Of a DNA stretch of 64,000 bases, positions 1-13,034 are shown one piece after another. The stretch comes from Lama glama. Taxonomy: Eukaryota. A model generated the notes under the pieces. It saw nothing but the letters and a program-made list of their open reading frames with translations, did not search any database and was not told the DNA's origin. The position numbers and the translations under genes were made by a program. The stretch covers positions 1,490,001-1,554,000 of the forward strand of contig CM052818.1 of the NCBI GenBank assembly GCA_028534125.1, read 5' to 3'. Numbering within the stretch: the first letter of the stretch is position 1; each line of letters begins with the position of its first letter.

Positions 1-1009
1 TGTGTGTCACCATTTCCTAGAAGCTGTCACTTTTTTTTTTAATACACTGATGTGTCTGATTAATTTAATCCAGATTCAAGGATATTGAGTGGGGAGGAGG
101 AATGCTTCATTTTGATCTAAGGCTGCTGTTTAGTCTCAACAGACTGTTCCCATTGAATCTGGGGCTGTTTCTGTTTGTATGTCTTAGATATGTTAGCAGA
201 AGTCAGTCAGTAATTTGTGTGCTGAAAAGATGCTCTATACAACAGAAACTGTATGTAGTATTTATAATAAAAAACACACTGGGCATGAATTTACTAAGAG
301 TTAGTGAGAGTTAAAGTTCCTATCAGATGACTGTACTATACAAGCAGTCTTTTAGAGCAAATGAGTTGTGAAGTAACAAACCGATATTTGGTAAGATTTT
401 AATTAATTGATAGGCACGAGAACATGGTTTGTCTGTTCTCCTGTTCGTGCGAGAATGTTCTATTAACTGTTAACCAGTATGTTCATTGCTGCTCTCTCTC
501 CCTCACATTGAAGGATGATGGCTTTATTGAACAAGTAAGATTTAGGCAGTAAAATCCATAACAAGAAAAAAATTACTGCTACTGAGAATTTATTCCTGGA
601 AAAAGTAATATAATTATCCAGATTGTATCCATTATAATCATGCTACCTGAACTCACCTAGACATTTATGGCTACTTACAAATACTTATAATTATCTCATA
701 AGTCCTGATTACTTTTCGTGGAGTGACTGCCTCAACTTTTTCTAATGTTACTCAATCCTACTTTACCTCTGTCTTGTTTTTCAGCAGATGATCTTTTACC
801 TAGAAAAGGAGGATCATTACAGGTGGAGGTTTAAAAGAGAGCTAGGGCATTTAGAATAACTTTCTCAAATTTCTTTTTTTTCTATTTCAGATTTCCTCTG
901 GCTTATCACCCTCCCCTTCCTATTTCAGAGAAAGAAGTCCTTGGCTTCCCTAATGAGGCTAATAGCTACAAACTTTCTGATATTGCTCCTTTTTAAAAAA
1001 AATAAAAAA

Positions 1010-1095
1010 TTTTTTTAACGGAGGCACTGGAGCTTGAACCCAGGACCTGGTGCGTGCTAACCATGTGCTCTACCACTGAGCTGTACCCACCTCCC
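1010..1095 (-). mobile_element. tRNA-derived SINE, Vic-1-like (camelid)
   Basis: Minus strand reads gggaggtgggtacagctcagtggtagagcacatggttagcacgcaccaggtcctgggttcaagctccagtgcctccgtt followed by an A-tail; Pol III A-box and B-box like motifs present. Confidence 0.85.
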
Positions 1096-2132
1096 TTCCT
1101 TCTTCCTAATTTTTCTAAAATATTTCAATAGTAATTTCCTCTTTCCCTTACATTTTCGGTCCCTTAGTTGGTCTTTTCCCTCCTGCCCACAAATGTAGTC
1201 TTGTACTTTATAATAATAATTAAAGAATAAAAAAAATTCTTCTAGCCTTGCTTCCCTCTTGAATGAAATTTTAGCTTTATGGTTCTTTTTAATGTTTTAG
1301 CAGTGATACTTTTTCAGTTCAGTATTTACTGAGGCCTATCTACTGTGTGTTCAAAACAAAGATAAACCAGTTGTGGCCTCTGTCTTCTAAGAGTTTCTGT
1401 ATGTCTCAGTCTAGTGAAGAAGCGTAGGTCTAGTTATAATATTCAGTGGCAGATGCTTTAATGGAGACATATGCTCTGTGCCGTGGGACCCTACCCTGCC
1501 ATTCACAGTGTGCCTTCAAGCTGGCTTTCCACTTTTGACAACAACCGTATTGTTGAATATTTGATAACTCTCCCAAGAAAGGAGAAAGAAATTAATCTCC
1601 TTATATTATATCCCTTTTCTTATTCATCACTTTTATTCTAATCTTTTTCCTTTTGGAGGATATGAGTTCTGGTTATAATTATAATTAAATTGTTCTTTTT
1701 ATGTAATATGAAGTTTTAAAATATGTTACAATTTTTATGTAATAAAAAGCTTCTCCTAACTATAGCAGTCAATATTGTCTTATCATCATGTGATACATAA
1801 TTCAGAGCTAATTCAGTTTTGAAAGAATTGGTGTTTCTACTCATTTTTTCATAGCCAACTTCCCCAATCACAAGTACTTTATTTTGAATCAAGATTAGTT
1901 GCATTTCTAACTTCAAGTAGCATTTTCAACAGGATTTATAAAATGTCATTTTCCCCCAAGGATTTTAAAAAATATATGAATATGTCTCTCTGATATATGC
2001 TATTTTTAAATAACTTGTCAGCTTTAAAAAAATTAAAGACTGTATTTTTTGGTTTTAGGTCTATAGAAGAATTGAGCAGATAGTCAGAATGCTCCCATAT
2101 GCCCCTTATCTCCCCATCACAGTTTCCCATTA

Positions 2133-2596
2133 ATTTTTTTTAAATTGAAGTATAGTGAGTTTACAATGTTGTGTTAATTTCTGGTGTACAGTGTAGTGAT
2201 TCAGTTATACATGCCTATGTATACTCATTTTCATATTCTTCTTATGAGGTATTGAATATAGTTCCCTGTGCTATAAAGTAGGACCTTGCTTATCTATTTT
2301 ATACATAGTAGTTAGTATCTGCAATTGCCAAACTCCAAATTTATCCCTCCACCCCTTCCGCCTCCCCTCCCTCGTAACCGTAAGTTTGTTTTCTATGTCT
2401 GTGAGTCTGTCTCTGTTTTGTAAATAAATTCATTTGTGTCATTTAAAAAATATTCCACATGTAAGTGATATCATATGGCATTTTTCTTTCTCTGCCTGGC
2501 TTACTTCACTTAGTATGACAATCTCCAGGTCGATCCATGTTGCTGCAAATGGCATTATTTCATTCTTTTTTATGACTGAGTAGTATTCCATTGCGC

Positions 2597-2637
<41 letters not shown>

Positions 2638-4565
2638 CACTTTACATCTTCTTTATCCAGTCATCTGTTGATTAATATTTAGGTTGCTTCCATATCCTGG
2701 CTATTGTAAATAGTGCTGTTATGAACACTGGGATTTCAAAATAGAGTTTCCTCTGGATATATGCCCAGGAGTGGGAATGCTGGATCATTTAGTAACTCTG
2801 TTTTTTGTTTTCAAAGGAACCTCCATACTGTTCTCCATAGTGGCTGCACCAATTTACATTCCCACCAACAGTATAGGAGGGTTCCCTTTTCTCTGAACTC
2901 TCTCCAGCATTTATCATTTGTGGACTTTTTGATGATGGCCATTCTGACTGGTGTGAGGTGACAGCTCATTGTAGTTTTGACTTACATTTCTCTAATAAGT
3001 GAAATTAGTGATGTTGAGCATCTTTTCATGTGCCTGTTGGCCATCTGTATGTCTTCTATGGAGAAATGTTTATTTAGGTCTTCTGTCCATTGTATGATTG
3101 GACTGTTTGTTTGTTTGTTTTGATATTGACCTATAGGACCTGTTTGTATATTCTTGAAAATAATCCCTTGTCAGTTGAATCCTTTGCAAGTCTTTTCTCC
3201 CATTCTGTAGGTTTTCTTTTTGTTTGTTAGTGGTTCCTTTTGCTGTATAAAAGCTTGTAAGTTTAATTATGTCCCATTTGTTTATTTTTGCTTTTGTTTC
3301 TATTGCTGTAGGAGATGGATCCAAAAAAATATTGCTGCAGTGTGATGTCAAGGAGTGTCCTGCTTACATTCTCCTCTAGGAGTTTTATAGTTTGCTGTCT
3401 TACATTTAGGTCTTTAATCCGTTTTGAGTTTATTTTTGTATATAACATTAGAGAATGCTCTACTTTCATCCTTTTACCTGTATGTAGGTATCCAGTTTCT
3501 CAGCACCACTTATAGAAGAGATTGTCTTTTTTCCATTGTATATTGTTTCCTCCTTTGTCATAGGCTAATTGCCCATAAGTGCGTGGGTTTATTTCTGCGT
3601 TTTAAAGTTCTGTTCCATTAATCTTTGTGTCTGTTTTTGTGACAGTACCATGCTGTTTTGATTACTGTAGCTTTGTAGTTTAGTCTGAAGTCAGAAATTA
3701 TGATTCCTCCAGCTCTATTCTTCTTTCTCAATATTGTTTTGGGTGTTCAGGGTTTCTCTTATTTTCATAAAATTTTAAAATTATTTGTTCTAGTTTTGTG
3801 AAAAATGCCATTGATGTTTTGATAGGGATTGTATTGAATCTGTGTTTTGCCTTGGGTAGTATGGTCCTTTTATTTTTGATTCTCCCTATCTAAGAACATC
3901 GTATATTGTTCTGTCTGTTTGTGTTGTCTTCAGTTTCTTTTATCAGTGTCTAAAATTTTTCTCTGTACAGGTCTTGTGCCTCCTTAGGTACATTTATTCC
4001 TAGGTATTTTATTCTTTTTGATGCAATTGTAAATGGAAGTGTTTTCTGATATTTTATTGTTAGTGTATGGAAATGCAAGAGATTTTTGAATATCAATTTT
4101 GTATCCTGCAACTTTACTGAATTCATGATGAGTTCGAGTAGTTTTCTGGTGGCATTTTAGGATTTTCTATGTATAGTATCATGTTATCTGCAAATAGTGA
4201 CAATTTTACTTCTTCCTTTATAATTTAAATCACTTTTATTTCCTTTTCTTCTCTGATTACTGTGGCTAGGACTTACAAAACTATGTTGAATCAGAGTAGT
4301 GAGAGTGGTCACCATTGTCTTATTCCTAATCTTAGAAGGAATGCTTTCAGCTTTTTATCATTGTGTATGATGTTAGATGTACGTTTGTCATATATGGCCT
4401 TTATTATGTTGAGGTATGTTCCCTCTGTGCACACTTTCTGGAGAGTTTTTGTCATAAATGGATGTTGAATTTTATCAGATGCCTTTTCTGCATGTATTGT
4501 GATGATCATATGGTTTTCATTCTTCAGTTGGTTAGTGTGGTGTATCACATCGATTGATTTGTGGG
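2133..4565 (-). mobile_element. LINE-1, 5'-truncated (ORF2 C-terminal half with internal deletions plus 3'UTR)
   Basis: Minus-strand ORF2 remnants ([46 protein letters not shown]), artiodactyl-type 3' end and T-run near 2135. Confidence 0.95.
2601..2634. repeat. (GT)17 microsatellite inside an L1 3' end
   Basis: Direct reading. Confidence 0.97.
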
Positions 4566-4659
4566 TATGTGTGAGAGTTCCATTTGATCTACTTCCTCAC
4601 TTGGGATTACTAGTGTTTTTCTTTTGTTGATTTTTGTTTCTTTTAAATATTTTTGAGGT

Positions 4660-5205
4660 CATTTTATAATTATGTGAGTTGCAAAAGTAGGGTAGAAATT
4701 TCCCAGATAACTTTACCCATTTTCCTTGTTTTAACATCTTTCATAAGCATAGAGCATTAATATTTACTAAAATTGAGAAAGTAACCTTGATACAGATCTA
4801 TCAAAAAATGTACAGAACTTATTCACATTTCACCAGTTGTGTCCATAATATCTTTTCTTTGTTCCAGAATCCAGTCAAGGATTGCATGTTGCATTTAATT
4901 GTCATGTTTTGTTACTCTCCTTTAATTTATGGCTGTTCCTCATTCTTTCCTTTCTTTCGTGCATGACCTTGACACTGATCAGTTATTTTGTAGAAAGCCC
5001 CCCAGTTTGAGTTGAACTGATGTTTTCTCAAGATTAGATTGAGGTTATCCATTTTTAGGATAAATACCACAGAGATGCTGTGTCCTCAGTGCATCATACT
5101 GGGGATTACATGATGTCGATATGTTTTACTAACCTTGATCACTTGGTTAATGTGATGTCTCCTAGGGCTTTCCACTGTAAAGTTGCTTATGTTTCCTTTG
5201 TAATT
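4660..5205 (-). mobile_element. Old L1 3' end (L1MC/L1MD-like)
   Basis: Motifs ttccagaatccagtcaaggattgcatgttgcatttaattgtcatg and aaccttgatcacttggttaa...ctttccactgtaaagtt. Confidence 0.75.
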
Positions 5206-7507
5206 GCTTATACATGCCTGTTAGTCTGTTTCTCAACTCTGTTTTGTTGCATTTATCTATGTCTTTTTCTTTACACTAATATATATCACACTTTCTTACT
5301 ATTATAGTTTTCTGCTAAGTTCTGTAATCAGGGTTGTAAAGTCTCCAGACATGTTCTTCTGCAAAATTACTTTGGCTATTCTTTATCCTTTGTATTTCCA
5401 TAAATTTTAGAATCAGTCAATTTCTGCAAAAATCCTGCTGAAATTTTGATAGGGAGTTCACTGAATGTATACATCAATTTGGGGACAATTAACATCTTAA
5501 TGGTAATAAGTTTTCTTATCCTTGGGAATGATGTACCTCTTCATTTATTTTGGTTTTGGTTGATTTCCCTCAGCAATACTTTGTATTTTACACTGTACAG
5601 ATATTGCACATCATTTGTTATATGTATCTCTAAGGATTTCATATTTTTGACACTATTGTAAATAGTGTTGGTTTTTCCAGGTTGTTTTTGCTAGAATGTA
5701 GAAGTACGTTCTATTCTAGAAATAATTGAGTCTTGTATATTGATCTTGTATCCTGTGACCTTGCTAAATTTTCTTATCAATTCTAGTACTTCTTTTCTTT
5801 TTTTTTTTAAGATTATGTATGATTTTCTTTGGATGACCATGTTGTGTACAAAGTTTCACTCTCCCTACCTCCCAACCTGTATGTGTTTTGTTTCTTATTT
5901 TTGCCTTTTTATTTTGGCTGGGACTTCCAGTATAGTATTGAATAGAAGGGGTGAAAGCAAGGATCTTCGCTTTTGTTCCCTAAGAAAACAAAGATTTAGT
6001 CTTTTACCATTAAGTATAATGTTATAAGCTTAATATAAGTAAAAGTGCTTTATTAGTTTGAGGAAGTTCCCTTCTATTTGTAGTTTGCTAAAATTTTTTA
6101 TACTGAAAGGATGTTAAATTTTGTCAGTTACTCTTCTGTGCATCTACTGAGGTGATCATTTGGTTTTTCATTTTTAGTCTCTTAATGTAGTTGATGACAT
6201 GGTTAATTTTTTAATATGAACCTATACGATATGTGATATAATAAATATGTGTTTGATCTTCATCCCCAGTTTCTGGCACAGAACTGATACAACCCTTGGA
6301 ATTTCTAGAGTTTCAGGCATAAGAAGAAATCTCTTGTTACTCATAACAAGTACCTTTCAGCCATACCTGAGTTTATGCTAATGAGATGATTTGGGTGGGT
6401 CCCTAGGTAGCTTTAGGATGGGAGCTTGCTGCCTGGGGAACCAGCCATGTGATTAAAGGATTAGAACTTTACAGACCTTTAGGGAGAGGGGAGGGGAGAG
6501 GGGAGAGGAGCAGGAGGTTGCTGTAATTATAATTATCAACGGCCAATGATTTAATCAATCCCACCTACTTAAGAAGGAACCTTCACAAAAATCCCTAAAC
6601 AGTGGGGTTTGGCGAGCTTCCAGGTTGGTGAACACATCAAGAAGTTGAGAGGGTGGCACACTGAGGTAGGGCATGGAAGCTCTGGGCATCATATCTACCT
6701 ACCTTACCTTGCTTTATACACTTCTTACATTGGGCTGCTTTTGAGCTGTATTCTTCAGAATAAACCCATAATAGTAAGCACAGTAGTCCTCTCTTATCCA
6801 TGGGGTGATAATGTTCCAAGACCCCCAGTGGGTGCCTGAAACCGCAGATAGTACCAAACCCTATATATAATTGTTTTTTCCAATACATACATACCTATGA
6901 TAAAGCTTAACTTATAAATTAGGCACAGGAAGAGGTTAATAACAATAACTGATAATAAAGTGTAATAGTTATAACAGTATGCTATACTAAAAGTTATGTG
7001 AATGTGATCTCTCCTCTCTCTCAAAATATTTTATTGTACAGATTTAATACCTTGTCCATCTTAACTGAGTGCTTATCACATACTGTAAGTATAGATTTTG
7101 CAGTTTGAGGTACTACAGCAAAACTAACACAAAGTTATTCTCTCTTTTTCTTAATTTCATGAATAGAAATTCTTATTGTAGATTTTAGCAATCTTAGCCT
7201 ATGATTTTTTTCTTCCTAATGAAGTGCAGAACTTGCGCATTTTCACCAAAAGGAAGTACTTTACGGTTTCTCTTTGGCATGTGTGAATTGCCAGTATCAC
7301 TGTTCTTGTACGTTGGGGTCAGTATTAAATAAAATAAGGGTTGCTTGAACACAAGCACTGTAATACTTTAACAGTTCATTTGATAACCGAGATATCAACT
7401 GACTAATGGGTAAGATACCCTGGACAAAAGGATAATTCATGTTTTTGGTAGGAAGTCGCAGGGTAGTGAGAAATTTCATAATGCAACTCAGAATGTTGTG
7501 CTGTTTA

Positions 7508-8059
7508 CTGCCCAAGGCAATCTACAGATTTAATGCAATCCCTATCCAATTANNNNNNNNNNNNNNNNNNNNNNNNNNNNNNNNNNNNNNNNNNNNNNNN
7601 NNNNNNNNNNNNNNNNNNNNNNNNNNNNNNNNNNNNNNNNNNNNNNNNNNNNNNNNNNNNNNNNNNNNNNNNNNNNNNNNNNNNNNNNNNNNNNNNNNNN
7701 NNNNNNNNNNNNNNNNNNNNNNNNNNNNNNNNNNNNNNNNNNNNNNNNNNNNNNNNNNNNNNNNNNNNNNNNNNNNNNNNNNNNNNNNNNNNNNNNNNNN
7801 NNNNNNNNNNNNNNNNNNNNNNNNNNNNNNNNNNNNNNNNNNNNNNNNNNNNNNNNNNNNNNNNNNNNNNNNNNNNNNNNNNNNNNNNNNNNNNNNNNNN
7901 NNNNNNNNNNNNNNNNNNNNNNNNNNNNNNNNNNNNNNNNNNNNNNNNNNNNNNNNNNNNNNNNNNNNNNNNNNNNNNNNNNNNNNNNNNNNNNNNNNNN
8001 NNNNNNNNNNNNNNNNNNNNNNNNNNNNNNNNNNNNNNNNNNNNNNNNNNNNAAAAAAA
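7508..8059 (+). mobile_element. Young 5'-truncated L1, body mostly inside the 500-N gap
   Basis: Begins with ORF2 LPKAIYRFNAIPI, ends in poly(A); perfect 18-bp TSD agaatgttgtgctgttta at 7490-7507 and 8060-8077. Confidence 0.93.
7553..8052. other. Assembly gap, 500 N
   Basis: Direct reading. Confidence 1.
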
Positions 8060-11000
8060 AGAATGTTGTGCTGTTTAAAACATATAAATTGTTTATTTCT
8101 GAAATTTTCCATTTAATATTTTTGGATCTTGGTTGAACGTGGGTAGATGAAACCATAGAAAATGAAATGCAGATTAAGGGGGGGTACTATTGACAACATT
8201 TTCCTAAGTTCTTTGAACTGTCCTAGCAAGTTTTTGAACATGAAGAAGGGATTGTGGAAACTCTTGATTTGTAGGAAGTAGTACAGAAGTGTGGGTATGC
8301 TGGACACCCCATACTTGTGGCTGGCATCTGAAGTGATGGCAGTCTTATGAGACTGAGACCTTAAACCTGTGGAGTCTGATGCTAACTCCTGGTAGTTCGT
8401 GTTAGAATTGTAATAAATCATTTGGTGTCCAAAGGGTTGGAGAATGGGTTGGTGTTTGGAACAAACCCACACATTTGGTGTTAAACCTGTTGTGAGTAAA
8501 AACAGATCTTAGCCTAAAATTGCATTCCATCTGGCCTTGAAGTTTTTAGCTCACATACTCACAACACACATACACCTCTGTAGTTGGATTCAGTTTGCTG
8601 ACAGTGTTACATATTTTTAATGTCTGTTTTTACAATGGATGTATTTGACTGTAATTTTCTAGTACAGTTTTTGTTTGTTTTTTTATCAGGGTAAAACTGG
8701 TCTCTTAAAGTGAGTTTGGATATGTTCTGTTCTCTTCTGTTTTCTGGAAGCATATGTAGAATATATATTTTGAGATATATATATATATACACACACATAT
8801 ATATACCTTAAATGTTTGAATTTACTAGTAAACTATCTGTGCAAGCAATTTTATATATTGGAAGATTTTTATCTACAAACTTCATTTCTTTAATACATAT
8901 AGGGCTATTCAGGTTATCTATTTCTTCTTGAGTGAGTTTTAGTAGTTTATGAATTTATCTCCTTCATCTAAGTTGTTGAATATATGAGTACAAAGTTTTT
9001 TTGTAATATTCCCTACTCTTTTGAATGCCTGTTGGATCTGTAGTGATGTCCTGCTTTTGAATCTTAAAAGTCTGTATCTAATAATTATGAATTTTGGAGC
9101 TGTGTTGTCTTTTTGCCCCTAATATTTTTTATTCATGCTGGCTCATCTGCTTGTGTGCTTGGTCTCTTTTGATTGTTTGCTGGACATTAAAGTTTTTAAA
9201 TTGTTTGTAGAAGCAATTTAAAGTGTAGGATGATGGTAGCCTTCCTTGGAGAGGACTCATGTTTGCTTTCATCATTCACTAGTAGACAGTATTAGTTTAA
9301 GAGGCTGGGTGACAGTAGCACTTCGGAATCACTTTAATCCAATTTAATGCTTAATATGAGTCCCTACAAGGGCCTGTCTAATCTTGGCTTAATCTTGTTA
9401 AAAGATACAAAGTTCAAGGTTTCAGCCCATAAAGAAGGGTATACCAAGGCTATTCCTCCCTAATGGAACATAACTTTTATTCCTGTTTTCTAATCCTTTG
9501 GCATTGTAAAAAGTGCCATCTAGACAGTCAGTATTGGTAAATGCCCTCAAAGGAAGAATGGCCACAAATGTTGGTGTCTCTTCCCTAAGCTACTTTGTTC
9601 TCCTAAGTCCTGGTTTTCACCCTTGTTAGCTCTTTGAAGTCTTTAACCAGATGGCTTTTGTATTTCGTTCAGTTTTCCTTATTTAAATTATCAGTTCACC
9701 ATTGCCTGTAGTGGATATTCCTTTACAGTTGTTTATATCTGTTATCTGTTTTATAAAATTTTGAACATATTGTATATATAAATTATATCTTAGTTTTTAA
9801 CTTAGGAAAATATTAAGAATATATCCTCAGTAACTAAATATTCTTTTAAGGTGTGGTTTTAAAATTTATTGAATAATATTTCTTCACATTTATGTTGTAT
9901 AATATCTCGTTAGTTTTTCTGATCCAATTCCCTGTTAATAGACATGTTATAGTTCCTCTTTTTATTTGTTACATAGTAGCATTTCTAGATTCAAAATTAT
10001 TTACAGATCCTCTACTTTACACATTTTATAAATGGAAAATTGGTCATCTTTACTGGATGAGATATTTGCTATGATAATAAAATTGAATTTTTTTTAGGAG
10101 GATGTATAGGAACCTTTAATATCTTGAGAAACACATGGCTTTTAAGTTAAAAGTGGAGACAGAAGCTTTTTGTGAGTGTATAGTTTTACACCTAGCAATA
10201 AGAGAACATATCCATCTGATCTTAGGAAGATTTTATAAGTTTCAAATGGGTCTTTGGCCCTGAGCCATTCTTGCTGTCATTTTTTATTAACTTGGTTCTC
10301 TTTTTCTTCTGATAGAAAGCCTGCTTTTTGTAATATTTAAAAAATATGATTCCATTTATAAGGATATTATAAAATGGTGTCTTAAAATAGTGTATCTCAG
10401 TCCATTAAAAAGACTCATAAAACATCATAACACAAAATGTGCAGTGACTAGTCAGAACTGTAGAGTTAACCTAAACTCTCTTTTACCTGCTTCATAGTAA
10501 ATCACCTTGCAGTGATTGTCACAGAATAGCAAATTAATTTGTTTTTCTTTTTGAAACAAACTTCACTAGCTTTTTTTGTGTATAAGAGCATGTTATTTAA
10601 AATCGTATTTGTTAGAAGGACAGTCTAAATTGGAAATTTTAATATTATTGAGATTAAATCTTACAGCTTGCTACTTATTTTCCTGTGACATTTATATCAG
10701 CCCTTTAATATATTTTCATAAACTAGATTATGTTTGTAGTGGTTGGTCTTTCATAGATTGGCTAAATTACTCTTATTTCTATTCTGTTCTCTATGGCACT
10801 TTCTTAGAAGTAGGTAGTAGACGTACATATGTTCCTTCTTTTCCGTAACGCTCTCCTAGTCTACTATGGTTCATCGAAACTCAACGTTGTGGGAAATTTG
10901 GTTCAGCTTTTTAAGTAGCTTTTATGAACAAATTCATGGTTGTTATGATTAACAGTGACCACATAACCAAGTTTCTCCGTGTATGGAGTTATTCTGAATG

Positions 11001-12881
11001 GGAAATTATCTTATATACATTTGAGTCCACCATCCTTGGTCTCATTAGCCCTCAGCATAGCCAATGACTTACATCTAGTAACTTTACTGCAGTTCCAATA
11101 TCATGCCCCAAAGTCAAGGTGATTTACAGGATAGGAGAAGCATACCCTGGCTTTCCTAGTAAACCACACTAAAGATACGGATTTCCTCTGCTAAAAATTG
11201 GCTTCCTTCATCATTCTCCCCTCTTTAGAGGGCAGTTGGAGTATTGCTGTTCACTTTGATGTGGTCTTTACATTTCTTCTCTTCATTGAACTTCTTACAG
11301 AAGCCCTTATTTGAAACAGAATGTTTAAATCCAAATGTGGGTTTCTAACACATCATTTTTTTTTTCATTCAGTACCACGTCAAGTAAGTTATGTTGGATC
11401 TGCTAAATCATTTTCTTGGTGCAAAGCCATGAGAAGAGAATATGTAGGTAGACGTAGAGAAGCAGTTCTAGTGACTCAGTGCACACACTTAGAGCAACTT
11501 GTTTTTAGACTTCTTTTAATTTTGCTAGGGAAAAAATAATTTTAAGGCCGCTAGTATGTCTTAGTGAATCCATTAGATCCAAAGAAGTTACAAATATACC
11601 TTAATATTTTGCTCCTTTCCAAAATTTAAAACCTTTTCTTTTAACAAAAGAATATTTTTCTCTATCTGAACCATGTGCTTAAGTGTTTCAAATATTCAAT
11701 ATATACTACTGAATATTTTCCATTTTGATAACATATAAGAAAGTTAGAGCACTTTGTTGAAGAAGATAGAAGGGAGGAAAATTTGCTGTCTACTTAGGAG
11801 TACAGTTATTGCTTTGACTTAAATTTTGTGGATAGTAATTATTACAGCAGTTATTAACTTTGTATCATCTATCTTGTCAGAAAGAGTTTTTGTACTTTAA
11901 ATAAATGGATCCCTTTATTGTTTCATTTTTAAAGTCTAATAATTTTTTCTACCCTTTTAAAAAATGAATTTATGTTGTTTCAGGTGTTGAAATAATAAAT
12001 ATATATAATTTTCAAGCTAGAGTTATCTTCAGAGTCTCTAAATCTTCATTTATTTTTCCAGCAAACAAACCAAAACCATATAAGGTTATATAAGTAATGA
12101 GTAACAGTTACAAGTTATGTCTCATGATTGTCCGGTATTTTTTCAGTCATGCTGTTGTGTTGTTTTGTCATAGTAATGCCTTTAGTTTTAACTTCCTTGT
12201 GAAGAAATCTGTCACAAAAAGAAAATTCTTTCTGATAGACAGTTTGAAGCTGGGGCCTAAGGATTCCTTTTTTTATGATATGTTACTGCAGAGAGAAAAA
12301 GTAATGGTACGTTTGAAAGGAAATATTATAGTGCATTGGAATCGTCAATATAATGTTAGAATGGGAAGCATTTGTCCTTTGGGGAATATTAATAGTGACA
12401 TTTGATTTTTTTTCTTTTAGATTTACTTAATATTATTTTTCCCTCCTCCTACTCCCTGCCTTTCTCAGCTGCCTTCTTGCCCACACCTGTCTCAGATAAC
12501 GTGATCATCAGAGTTTAGGAGAAATGTGGTAATGGTACTTGCCTTTGAGTGAAATCACTTATACCTCAGACATTTTGGAAAGATAGATATCTCTTTTGCT
12601 TCTGAGAGCTCTTGAGACTGGATTTTATTAGGAATGCATTCCAGAACTTAAAGATATGGGCAAAAGGCAAGAATTACCTAGTTTCCTAGAAGGAACGCAC
12701 TGGATAAAGATTGATAAAGATACATAAAGAAATTTTATTGTGCTGAAAGGGTGGAATCAATAGAATACTTAATTATAGAATAATTCTTTCTGTTCAGGAT
12801 AGATCCCAAGTAGCTGTTGGTTTTACTTTCTGCCACTACAGTTCTTCATTTTTCCCTTGTGTTTTTGTTTTTCTCATCTAG

Positions 12882-12890
12882 CTTTTGATG
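12882..12890 (+). other. Candidate 9-nt cassette microexon of EXOC6B (CTTTTGATG = Leu-Leu-Met)
   Basis: AG-free pyrimidine tract 12842-12878, TAG at 12879-12881, then 9 nt and ATG|GTAAGTA. Frame-preserving in a phase-0 intron. No expression or conservation evidence available. Confidence 0.35.
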
Positions 12891-13034
12891 GTAAGTATTG
12901 TAAATGGAATAGGAAAAAGGAAGACACTTCTTCATAAGCCTGTCTAATATAGAAGAAATGAAAGGGACATTGAGAATAACAGCTTATTTTCTAGTTTGGC
13001 GATAATACTATGACTACGTTGCTTTGTAACACTA

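Larger units (their letters stand above)
6781..8192 (-). mobile_element. Tigger7/MER44-like Tc1-mariner DNA transposon
   Basis: Terminal inverted repeats cagtagtcctctcttatc (6781) and gattaagggggggtactattg (ends 8192); internal sequence matches recalled MER44. Confidence 0.88.
6232..8505. mobile_element. MER21-like ERV LTR, split by a Tigger7/MER44 insertion
   Basis: Starts tgtgatataataaatat...ctggcacag...aacccttggaatttc; second half 8193-8505 has ggcatctgaagtg...gagactgagaccttaaacctgtggagtctgatgctaactcc. Confidence 0.8.
5205..9060 (-). mobile_element. Old L1M ORF2 fragment, interrupted at ~6225-8510 by a MER21-like LTR
   Basis: Decayed ORF2 antisense sequence (gatcttgtatcctgtgaccttgctaaat, gaggaagttcccttctatt) that resumes after ~8510 (ttggattcagtttgct, gggctattcaggttatctatttcttcttgagtgag). 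Confidence 0.8.

Noticed and set aside
1010..1095. tRNA-like sequence
   Set aside because: A-tail, degenerate stems and anticodon arm indicate a tRNA-derived SINE, not a tRNA gene.
7439..8156. Long ORFs of 181-225 aa in the track
   Set aside because: Artefacts of translating through the 500-N gap; the only meaningful residues are L1 ORF2.
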